64,000 nt of DNA from Candidatus Fermentibacterota bacterium. Its GTDB lineage: Bacteria > Fermentibacterota > Fermentibacteria > Fermentibacterales > JCC-6. Under the pieces are notes generated by a model. The model searched no databases and was not told the origin of the DNA. It saw nothing but the letters and a program-made list of their open reading frames with translations. Numbering within the stretch: position 1 is the first letter of the stretch; every line of letters starts with the position of its first letter. This document shows positions 56,597 through 64,000 of this stretch, piece by piece. The stretch spans positions 1 through 64,000 of the forward strand of contig CAWJQI010000005.1 in NCBI GenBank assembly GCA_963845085.1, given 5' to 3'. Position numbers and translations under genes: made by a program.

Positions 56597-58092
56597 CCGC
56601 GAACAGGCGAACCGTGTCACCCCTTATAGCGTCCGCCATCATCGCCGCAGCCCTGGCCGTGCCCTCAGGGCCTTCAGAACCGCTGTCACTCATGCAGGTT
56701 CCAATACTGCTTGCACTGGCTTCAGGCATGCTGGTCTCGGTGGTCTTCACGGGGTTCTCGACATCCGGCGCCCCCCTGAACGCATTCCCCTTCGCCATTG
56801 CAATGGGAGTCACACTGCTCGGTTCCCTGGAAGCAGCGTTCGTTTTCTCGCTCGTATCAGGCGTGGGGTCCCTCTACCTCGAATCAAGGCAGGGGCGCAG
56901 GAGGATGGAGGGCAGAAAGGGCGCACTCGAGCTTTTCGCATCGGTTTTTCTGCTCTGCAGGGTGCTCTCGCTCATCCAGTCCCAGCTGCATCGCTTGTCG
57001 GGCGTGTCAGCGCTAACCCTCGACGTCGTCTCACTGCTCATCCTCACCACCCTCGCCACTGTTTCAATGGGCTTTCTTCCTGTACCGCAGGAGTTGCGAA
57101 CAAGAAGGAGGTCGCCTGTTCTCTTCAACCTCATCCCCCTGCCCATGGCCCTGCCCCTGCTCGAAGTAAGGGATGACCCGGAAACCCTTCTCGTGCCGCT
57201 GGCGGGTGCGGTTTTCCTGGTTGCTGTGGTGCAGCTCGGTGTATTCCTGCTGACAACCCGAAGACGTGCTCTCGAGAGAAGCATGGAGATGGAGAGGGCG
57301 CTTGCCGATCTTACGAGCAAGCTGTCTTCGGCGGGCACAGGAGCCGCCGCCCTCAAGATAATGCTCGAGGAACTTCTCAGGGGAAGCGGCGCCTCCAGGG
57401 TGACCGTCACTCGGGGAAACCTGTCGATGTCGCTTCCCGTGAAACCCGCGGAATCAACATGCGCTGTCAGCAGGGGGCTCGCCGGCCTTACCGCCGTTCT
57501 CGAATACCCGGTGATGCCCCTGGTGAGCCCCGAGCGGGTTGATTCCTTCCTCACACGGACGGCCGTGATGCTGGAATGGATCACAGTGACCGAGACGATC
57601 ACCAGGGAAACATGGGAAAGCATCGAGACCCTTGTGCTTTCCCTGGAGAAAACCGACGAGAAGGTGGCCGGCTTCAGCAAGAGGGTTGCGGAAACTGTCG
57701 CCGGTCTTGCGGAGGGCATGGGGTTCGACAACTGGTCGGTCAACTCCCTCAGGGTGGCGTCACTGCTTCATGCCGGATCGGCCGCCATAATGGGCAGCCT
57801 TGATGCCGAGGAACCGCCGATGATGGGATCGATGAGCCTCCCGCCGGTGACGATCGATGCCCTGCGGTATCACGCTGAATGCTGGGACGGCTCGGGGCCG
57901 ATGGGGCTCTACGGTGAGCGGATACCGGCCGGGGCCAGGGCGCTGGCGGTGGGAATCAGCTGGGAGAAGGCTTATGCCGCCGGCGGGCTCAGGGAAGCCC
58001 AGCGGGCGATGCGAATGGGCAGCGGGCTGATATTCGACCCGACTATCACAGGCCTGCTGTTGAAAATGAAAACGGCCGGGCCTCAGGGATAG
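56590..58092 (+). CDS. Membrane protein with degenerate HD-GYP domain
   Basis: Multiple TMs; LLHAGS in place of LHDIGK; YHAECWDGSGP; GERIPAGAR; GLIFDP. Confidence 0.75.
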   Translation: MVTANRRTVSPLIASAIIAAALAVPSGPSEPLSLMQVPILLALASGMLVSVVFTGFSTSGAPLNAFPFAIAMGVTLLGSLEAAFVFSLVSGVGSLYLESRQGRRRMEGRKGALELFASVFLLCRVLSLIQSQLHRLSGVSALTLDVVSLLILTTLATVSMGFLPVPQELRTRRRSPVLFNLIPLPMALPLLEVRDDPETLLVPLAGAVFLVAVVQLGVFLLTTRRRALERSMEMERALADLTSKLSSAGTGAAALKIMLEELLRGSGASRVTVTRGNLSMSLPVKPAESTCAVSRGLAGLTAVLEYPVMPLVSPERVDSFLTRTAVMLEWITVTETITRETWESIETLVLSLEKTDEKVAGFSKRVAETVAGLAEGMGFDNWSVNSLRVASLLHAGSAAIMGSLDAEEPPMMGSMSLPPVTIDALRYHAECWDGSGPMGLYGERIPAGARALAVGISWEKAYAAGGLREAQRAMRMGSGLIFDPTITGLLLKMKTAGPQG

Positions 58093-59468
58093 AGGCCGGC
58101 TTCGAACTCGTCCTCAGATACATCCATGTTCCATGATGTGGGCGCCCATTTCCATACCTGCGGAAAGCCTGGGGGATGGTGAGAGGAAAGACCCTCATCC
58201 ATCGCGATCCCCAGAGTGTAACCCGCCGAACCCGAAGGCGACCAGGAAAACGACCTCACTGCCAGCCCCCCATGTACTGTCACCCGCGTCGGTTCGGCAG
58301 GAAACTGAGTGCTCCTCGGCCTCAGCCTGCCACGGGGGGCTGCGAGCGAGGCCCGGACGACGAAAGGCGACGAGGTCTCGATGTCCCACGGGCTTTCCCA
58401 GTCGGGTCCCCCCGTGAAGTCGGGATCATTCTCGATGATTATGTCACCCATCGCCACAAGCCCGAGCGGACCCTCGAATCCCGCTGCCCCGCCGGTGATC
58501 GTTCCCCCGATCACCAGGTCGCCCCATGACAGGATCGTGACGGGGACCGTCAGAGGGCTGAGGGATTTGACCATCACACCGTTGTATGACCCGGTTACGG
58601 CAAGAACGTTTGTGCCCCTCAGGGAAAGCGTTTCCGGCGCTGTACCGATTTCGGAACGGTAGATGATCCTGTCACCGTCGAGGAGAATGCGTGATGCACG
58701 GATCGAAACGGCAGCCTGTGCCATCCCCGCCAGTTCAGAGGCGGCCGCCGTCATATCGACGGGTTCCTGGTCGCCGTACCAGAAGGGTCTGCCCTGGTTG
58801 TGCCTTGGCCACGGGCGAACCCAGGTGCGGCTTCCCTGGGGATGGGGAATTGTGGAAAAACCGGCGTCGGCGAAAACAAATCCGCCGTTCCCGGTGGTCG
58901 TAACCGATGCAACCCACGGATCGCCCGTGGAATCGGGGGTCGAACTGTCAAAGAAAATCATGCCGTTCGCATGCACGGGTCCGTCCACCACGGTTCCCTG
59001 CATGAAGAAACCGTTCGGGATATCCGTGTCGACCGCCAGCGCGAAACCGGAAAGGTACCTTGGAACCGCCCTCACGGCTACCCTGTAAACCTGTGAACGG
59101 TGGGTTCCCAGGCTTCGGATCTCGGCGGCGCCGTTGTCCGTCAGCGGTTCGCTCGCGAAAAAGGGAACGATCCTGACCAGGACCGTTGATCCCTCGGGCA
59201 TGCTGATGCCCTCGGGAAAAGGCTCGAAAACCTGCCGCGGCAGCTCTTCAACGGTCTTCAGGTAGTGCAGGGCGAGGTTTGCTCCGGTCTCGGCCGCGTA
59301 CTCCGCGTACAGCCTGTCCCTCTGGTAAACCGCGGTGTTCGCGTTCGAACGGAAGTACATGTACGCGGCGAGGACGAGCAGCATCATCACGGCCCCCACA
59401 CCGACAACCATGGCGAGCACCGCGCCCCTCCCGGCGCGCGGTGCCCCCATGGAACGTGCATGGGTCAT
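58083..59468 (-). CDS. PilX-N-terminal prepilin-like protein
   Basis: RG|AVLAMVV hydrophobic helix, AEYAAETG, GPVHANG, HHPPGFP. Confidence 0.7.
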   Translation of the reverse strand: MTHARSMGAPRAGRGAVLAMVVGVGAVMMLLVLAAYMYFRSNANTAVYQRDRLYAEYAAETGANLALHYLKTVEELPRQVFEPFPEGISMPEGSTVLVRIVPFFASEPLTDNGAAEIRSLGTHRSQVYRVAVRAVPRYLSGFALAVDTDIPNGFFMQGTVVDGPVHANGMIFFDSSTPDSTGDPWVASVTTTGNGGFVFADAGFSTIPHPQGSRTWVRPWPRHNQGRPFWYGDQEPVDMTAAASELAGMAQAAVSIRASRILLDGDRIIYRSEIGTAPETLSLRGTNVLAVTGSYNGVMVKSLSPLTVPVTILSWGDLVIGGTITGGAAGFEGPLGLVAMGDIIIENDPDFTGGPDWESPWDIETSSPFVVRASLAAPRGRLRPRSTQFPAEPTRVTVHGGLAVRSFSWSPSGSAGYTLGIAMDEGLSSHHPPGFPQVWKWAPTSWNMDVSEDEFEAGLYP

Positions 59469-60961
59469 AATGCGTTTGTCATCATGAAATCAAGGTCCAT
59501 GGAAGGTCTCTCCTCCCAGTAGAGGTTGTGCCACCGGCCGTTGTTGGGGAAATAGGGCGGGTGCATCGTCATAAGCCTGGGGTCGAAGTAGATCTGGACA
59601 TCGTGGCCGTGCCATGTCCCGTCGTTGCGCGCGGTAGGCCCCTTCCTCTGGTACATGAAGCCGCCGAGGAGGAACATGCTCCTTCTGGGAGTCGGTTCGG
59701 TAACCGGCTGCAGTTCGGCCTGGAACATCCCGTCGAGCGAGACCACCACTGCATTCACCTCGATATCGCCAATGGTGGAGATGTAGAACCTGGGATCCCA
59801 GTTCGTGTTGATGCTGCTCGGACGGGCGATGAGCATGTTCCCGTACACTGCAAGAAGACCGAGTATGACCTTGTTGTCGGGGTTCTGGGGGTTGCCGTCT
59901 TCGTAGAGTATGCTGCCGGCCAGCGCGAAGTTGCAGTTGGTGCCCATGGTCAGCGCCATGTTGAGGCCGTCGTTCCTGAGGTTGCTGTAACCCTTCAGGT
60001 AGATGGTGTCGGTGTTGTACTGCGTCCTCACCCAGATCACGGGCTTGCTGAGGTCTCCCAGGTAGTAGTTGGTCACGGCACCGAGCGGAGCCAGCTGAAC
60101 CATCAGGGTGTCCTGACGGAGAACCATTCGCATGCCGTTCCTGGCGGTGTTGTTGGCGTAGTCGAGCATGATCCCGCCCGACAGCGCTGCGTTCATCGCT
60201 GACTCCCAGTTCAGTTCGCCGCTGCCGTAAGGTATCGGGTCGGCATTCAGCGTGAACCAGGGTTCGCCCATAAGGTGCCTGTTTATGGGCTGGATCTGGA
60301 GGTTGCCGTACTCGGGCGTTGACACCTGGGGGGGGTTCAAGGTGCTGTTGGTGCCGTACAGGAAGTACGGCGCCGTTGTGGTGAAGCTGTAGAAGTACGG
60401 GTCGTTGGTGTGAGTGGCGCTCTCGCTCCAGATCCTGACCGAGCCGTTCGCGTAGTACGGACCGTCGAACACGAAGCCGTCGCCGATGTACACGTTGTCG
60501 CCGGGATTGTGCTGGAACACGCTGAAGCGCGACATGTTCTCGGGCATCATGCCGGTCACGAAGCCGAATGTCCTGACGCCGCCGAGGGCGGTAATGCGAC
60601 CCATGCTCCTGATCTCGTAAGCGTTGGCCGAAAGGACCTCGTCGTTCGCATCGTTGGGATCGACCGACACCACCACTTCACCAAGCGGGTCGGGCAGCTG
60701 GTACCACGAGTCCTTGTCGCCGAGGAACCACTCCGGAGATGTCCCCTGGGGTATGTCCGCCCCTCCGAGGATCATGTGAATGGCGAGGTGCGCTCCCGAC
60801 TCGGCGGTGAGTTTTGCCTGTATCTGCTCCTTCGTCCACTGGTAGGTGGAACCGCTGGACCTCATGTAGGTGTAGGCGGCGCCGGTCAGGGCGATCAGCA
60901 GCAGTGAGGCGATGACCACCAGCATGAGGGCGGAGCCTCTTCTTTCATATGCTCTGCGCAT
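59465..60961 (-). CDS. PilX-N-terminal prepilin-like protein (paralog of 58083-59468)
   Basis: RRG|SALMLVV, AKLTAESG, GPYYANG, DPRL..MHPPYFP. Confidence 0.75.
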   Translation of the reverse strand: MRRAYERRGSALMLVVIASLLLIALTGAAYTYMRSSGSTYQWTKEQIQAKLTAESGAHLAIHMILGGADIPQGTSPEWFLGDKDSWYQLPDPLGEVVVSVDPNDANDEVLSANAYEIRSMGRITALGGVRTFGFVTGMMPENMSRFSVFQHNPGDNVYIGDGFVFDGPYYANGSVRIWSESATHTNDPYFYSFTTTAPYFLYGTNSTLNPPQVSTPEYGNLQIQPINRHLMGEPWFTLNADPIPYGSGELNWESAMNAALSGGIMLDYANNTARNGMRMVLRQDTLMVQLAPLGAVTNYYLGDLSKPVIWVRTQYNTDTIYLKGYSNLRNDGLNMALTMGTNCNFALAGSILYEDGNPQNPDNKVILGLLAVYGNMLIARPSSINTNWDPRFYISTIGDIEVNAVVVSLDGMFQAELQPVTEPTPRRSMFLLGGFMYQRKGPTARNDGTWHGHDVQIYFDPRLMTMHPPYFPNNGRWHNLYWEERPSMDLDFMMTNAL

Positions 60962-60969
60962 TTGGCTAC

Positions 60970-63900
60970 CTACTTTCCAACGGTGCGGCCGAAGAACTGG
61001 ATGTTGTCAAGGTTCCAGCCCCCCGCCTGACCGTACGGGCCTGAGTCGAGAAGGAATCGCAGGAAGTAATACTGGTAGGATGAATGGTTGTTGAACTCCG
61101 TGGTGAGATTGACCGTTTCGTACTGCCAGTACTGGTGGAAGACACCGTTGTACTCCCTGACCGTGATCCAGCTGCCCTCGCTGGGAGTGGTTTCGGGATC
61201 GCTGCCGAACGCTATCTGAACGAGCCCGTTGCTGCTCATGGGCAGCCGCAGGCAGCGCATGTAGCGGACGGTGACCGTGTCGTAGGCAGAGGCTTCGTCC
61301 ATCGGGAATCCGCTCGAAACGAGCCACGCCCATGCACTGGGACTGTGGTAGCCCATATTCGTCGTGAGGGCGTTGCCCGCAACCTTCTCTCCGTTCTCGG
61401 CGAGCAGTGTGGGGTCGACGTCGGGGAAGAACAGCGGTGCGCCAATCTCCCAGTCGTTGTTCGTGCCCCCGCTGGTCCAGGTTATGCCGCTGCCCAGCCC
61501 GAGCTCCTCGGCCGTGTAGATGGCCTCGAAAGTGCTGAACTCGGACAGGAAGCTCATGGGAATGTCCGAACTTGACTGCGTCGCGGCCTCGTCAACCGTG
61601 ACCGGTTCGCCCTCGATCACGAACCTCGCGGTCGGCCTCACGCTCTGCATCGGCAGGAAGGTCGGGGGAGTCAAGCCCCATGCCGCCCTGCAGACATTCG
61701 CCCTGTCGGCCAGGGTGAAGCTTCCGCTAGGGCCCATTGGAACGTTCTCGGTCTCGATCCTCACGATGAGGTTTTCGCCGTCGGGGATGAAGTAGCTGTT
61801 GGGGAGGCCGATCGTCTGCCACTCCTGCGTGCTCGAGAACGTGACCGGCCCGCTGTAGGCCAGGAAGAGCTCGGAGGGATCCCACATCCCTCCCCCCGGG
61901 AAGGAGGAAAGGTCTGTGGAGCCGATGTAGACCTCGGCGTTCTGGAACGTGTAGTCGGGCGAGGAGGGTGTGCGGAAGGCAACGGAGGTCAGCTCGTGAC
62001 CGACGAGCATGCACTCCGCCACGAAATCGTCGAGGTACCAGCCTTCACGGACAACCGTCCCGTTCGAGATGAACACGAACCTGAAGGTGACGCTTTCGCC
62101 GATCCAGGGGGAGAGGTCGATGCTCTCGGTCCTCCAGCCGCCGGAGGTTCCGGAGAACACCCCGATGCCGCCCGCGGTGTGCGTGTACCCGCTGGTGAGC
62201 CAGCGGTCGGAAGCTACATGTGTCCAGGGGCCGCCCGACACCGAGACCTGCAGGTACCCGTAGTCGTTGGGGGACACAGCCTCCATGTCGAAGTAGTGCC
62301 TGAAGGATAGGGTCGGGTTCGTGGCCTGTTCGGGCACAAGGAAGGATGGGGTCTGGAGGCGGCAGCGGGAGAAGTTGCTGTAGACGTTGACGGGGGGGTT
62401 GGCGTGGAGCGACCACATGTAGTCGTTGGGGTTCACCGGGTTCTGCCGCACGCTCCAGTCATCGATCCCGCCGAAGGGTTTGTGGGTCCAGCCGGGGATG
62501 GAGAGCGTGGTGTCGATCCTGCCCACCTCGAAGTCATCCCAGCTGATGCCGTACTGCTCCCATGCACCCATGCCGGACTGGCTGAGATACACCGTGAAAG
62601 CGTCGGTGAAGGCAGTAATTCCACTGCTCAGTGCCGCCTGGTTCAGGTCGATCACCAGGGGGTTCCAGGCGGGCATGGAAGCAGGAGACGCTACCCCGTG
62701 ATAGGTTGAGTCGTACGTCATGGCTGTCACCACAATGTTGTCGAGGCTGATGCCCCTCGTTGCGGTGAATGATCCCGCGATGTTGTTGTCGTACTGGGAG
62801 AAGAGAAGGTAGAGGGGGTTGGGTGCGGCTCCCGCGACGGTGAAGGTCTGGCTGCGGTTGTGCCAGTTCGAGTTGCTGTAGCTGCCGGGGGTGAGATTGA
62901 CGATGTGGTTCACCGTGCCGCTTATGTTGCCATGGCTGTTCCAGCCGATGTAGTCGCCGTTTCCGGTGCCGGCGTCGTAGGCGTTGTTGGCGTCGTTATG
63001 ATCATGGAAGCGATAATCAACTGTAAACTGGGTGTTGTCGGACAGACCCGCGGCGGGCACCTGGAACATGGCCCTGACCCGGCCGGTCCTGTTGCTTGTG
63101 CGACTGTCCATTGTGAGGAAGTTGCCGTCGCCGCTCCATCCAGCAGGGTTGTGGATCCTGGTTCTTCCGTATGTTCCGTCGTTCCAGAAGGTGGCGCCGG
63201 TGTACGGTGATGTGTTGAAGTTCTGGGTGTAGAGTGTCTGCGGGTCTTCGGCAAGGTCAACCAGAAAAACGCCGTCGTTCATTCCGATCGACTCGCCCTG
63301 CCCCTTGAGCGTCATCACCCTCAGATAGAGGTCGTCGGTGTAAATGTCGTAGGCTGCGAGCGGGAGCGTGACCGCTGCAACGTTCCTTGTCTCGGCGCCG
63401 AAGAGCGGCTTGTGCATCCTGAGCATCTCGTCGACGATGACAACCTCACCGTCACCAAGGGGTGCGAGTGTCCAGCTCAGCGCGTCGAGGCCCGAGAAAT
63501 CGTCGTTCAGGATCGCGATGGAGTCGAGGCCCTCTTCGGGGGAGTTGATGTTGTCCTCCCAGAGGATCATGTGCCTTTCCTGCCCGGCCTCGCCCTCGAA
63601 ATCCTCGGCCATCGTGATGGGTTCGCCCGGCTCTTCATCTGCGTTGCCGCCCATCGACCAGTTGATGACGTTCCTGAAGAACAGGTGCCCGTCTTCGGTG
63701 TAGTCCTCGATTATGGGAAGACCGTAGAGAACCCTTCTCGTGGGAAGGTCTTCGTTCTTCACGCAGACCACTCCCGGAGTCGAGCCGTACCCTTCGATCG
63801 AGGTAATGATCTCGGCGTCAACGGCGATGTCGGTGAGGAAGTTCATGCTGTGGGGCGAAACGTAGACCTGGAATGAAATGCTGTCTGCCGGGTTCATACC

Positions 63901-64000
63901 CCCCTGGGGTACATCCAGATGAATGTCGTGATACTGGTTGATCTTCAGTGCCCGGGTGTAGCCTGCCGTTGTGGAGGCACCCAGCCCCATCTCGTAGACC
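60970..64000 (-). CDS. Large extracellular beta-sandwich repeat protein (MAM/cleaved-adhesin-like modules), 5'-partial
   Basis: Frame open to the window edge; LSFRHYFDME...WRTESIDLS...FRFVFISN...GWYLDDF and ...FLRFLLDS...GWNLDNI. Confidence 0.7.
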   Translation of the reverse strand, partial: VYEMGLGASTTAGYTRALKINQYHDIHLDVPQGGMNPADSISFQVYVSPHSMNFLTDIAVDAEIITSIEGYGSTPGVVCVKNEDLPTRRVLYGLPIIEDYTEDGHLFFRNVINWSMGGNADEEPGEPITMAEDFEGEAGQERHMILWEDNINSPEEGLDSIAILNDDFSGLDALSWTLAPLGDGEVVIVDEMLRMHKPLFGAETRNVAAVTLPLAAYDIYTDDLYLRVMTLKGQGESIGMNDGVFLVDLAEDPQTLYTQNFNTSPYTGATFWNDGTYGRTRIHNPAGWSGDGNFLTMDSRTSNRTGRVRAMFQVPAAGLSDNTQFTVDYRFHDHNDANNAYDAGTGNGDYIGWNSHGNISGTVNHIVNLTPGSYSNSNWHNRSQTFTVAGAAPNPLYLLFSQYDNNIAGSFTATRGISLDNIVVTAMTYDSTYHGVASPASMPAWNPLVIDLNQAALSSGITAFTDAFTVYLSQSGMGAWEQYGISWDDFEVGRIDTTLSIPGWTHKPFGGIDDWSVRQNPVNPNDYMWSLHANPPVNVYSNFSRCRLQTPSFLVPEQATNPTLSFRHYFDMEAVSPNDYGYLQVSVSGGPWTHVASDRWLTSGYTHTAGGIGVFSGTSGGWRTESIDLSPWIGESVTFRFVFISNGTVVREGWYLDDFVAECMLVGHELTSVAFRTPSSPDYTFQNAEVYIGSTDLSSFPGGGMWDPSELFLAYSGPVTFSSTQEWQTIGLPNSYFIPDGENLIVRIETENVPMGPSGSFTLADRANVCRAAWGLTPPTFLPMQSVRPTARFVIEGEPVTVDEAATQSSSDIPMSFLSEFSTFEAIYTAEELGLGSGITWTSGGTNNDWEIGAPLFFPDVDPTLLAENGEKVAGNALTTNMGYHSPSAWAWLVSSGFPMDEASAYDTVTVRYMRCLRLPMSSNGLVQIAFGSDPETTPSEGSWITVREYNGVFHQYWQYETVNLTTEFNNHSSYQYYFLRFLLDSGPYGQAGGWNLDNIQFFGRTVGK

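Overview
Bacterial chromosomal DNA from a diderm (bamD, lolA, SurA-like chaperones). The gene order (yajC-def-fmt-DUF116; mfd followed by several parvulins) and secreted proteins ending in T(W/F)GxIK suggest an FCB-superphylum candidate lineage such as Ca. Fermentibacterota; this is inference only. The window has three parts. (1) ~1-4.6 kb is a visibly AT-richer accessory patch with three copies of a small HTH gene interleaved with unrelated cargo genes, two near-identical ~60-75 bp end sequences carrying a CGAGGCGCCA core, and a decayed, rearranged IS3-family element. (2) ~4.7-15.4 kb holds two transporters fused to PTS EIIA domains, a radical SAM/GMC oxidoreductase operon and an arsR-acr3-arsR locus. 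(3) ~15.4-64 kb is mostly housekeeping (pepF, fmt, def, yajC, ftsEX, four parvulins, mfd, upp, tyrS, dapAB, pilT, nadD, bamD, rimO, lolA, ftsK, aroK, aroE), plus three HD-GYP genes, two PilX-like genes and a large partial surface protein. The best novelty candidates are the att/HTH cassette-like array, an HU protein fused to a CBM48-like glycogen-binding domain, the T(W/F)GxIK C-terminal motif and the radical SAM-GMC operon. Several single-base frameshifts suggest possible assembly indels, so fusions and breaks need read-level checks. I found no tRNA, rRNA or CRISPR array. All family calls come from motif recognition by eye; no database searches were run.
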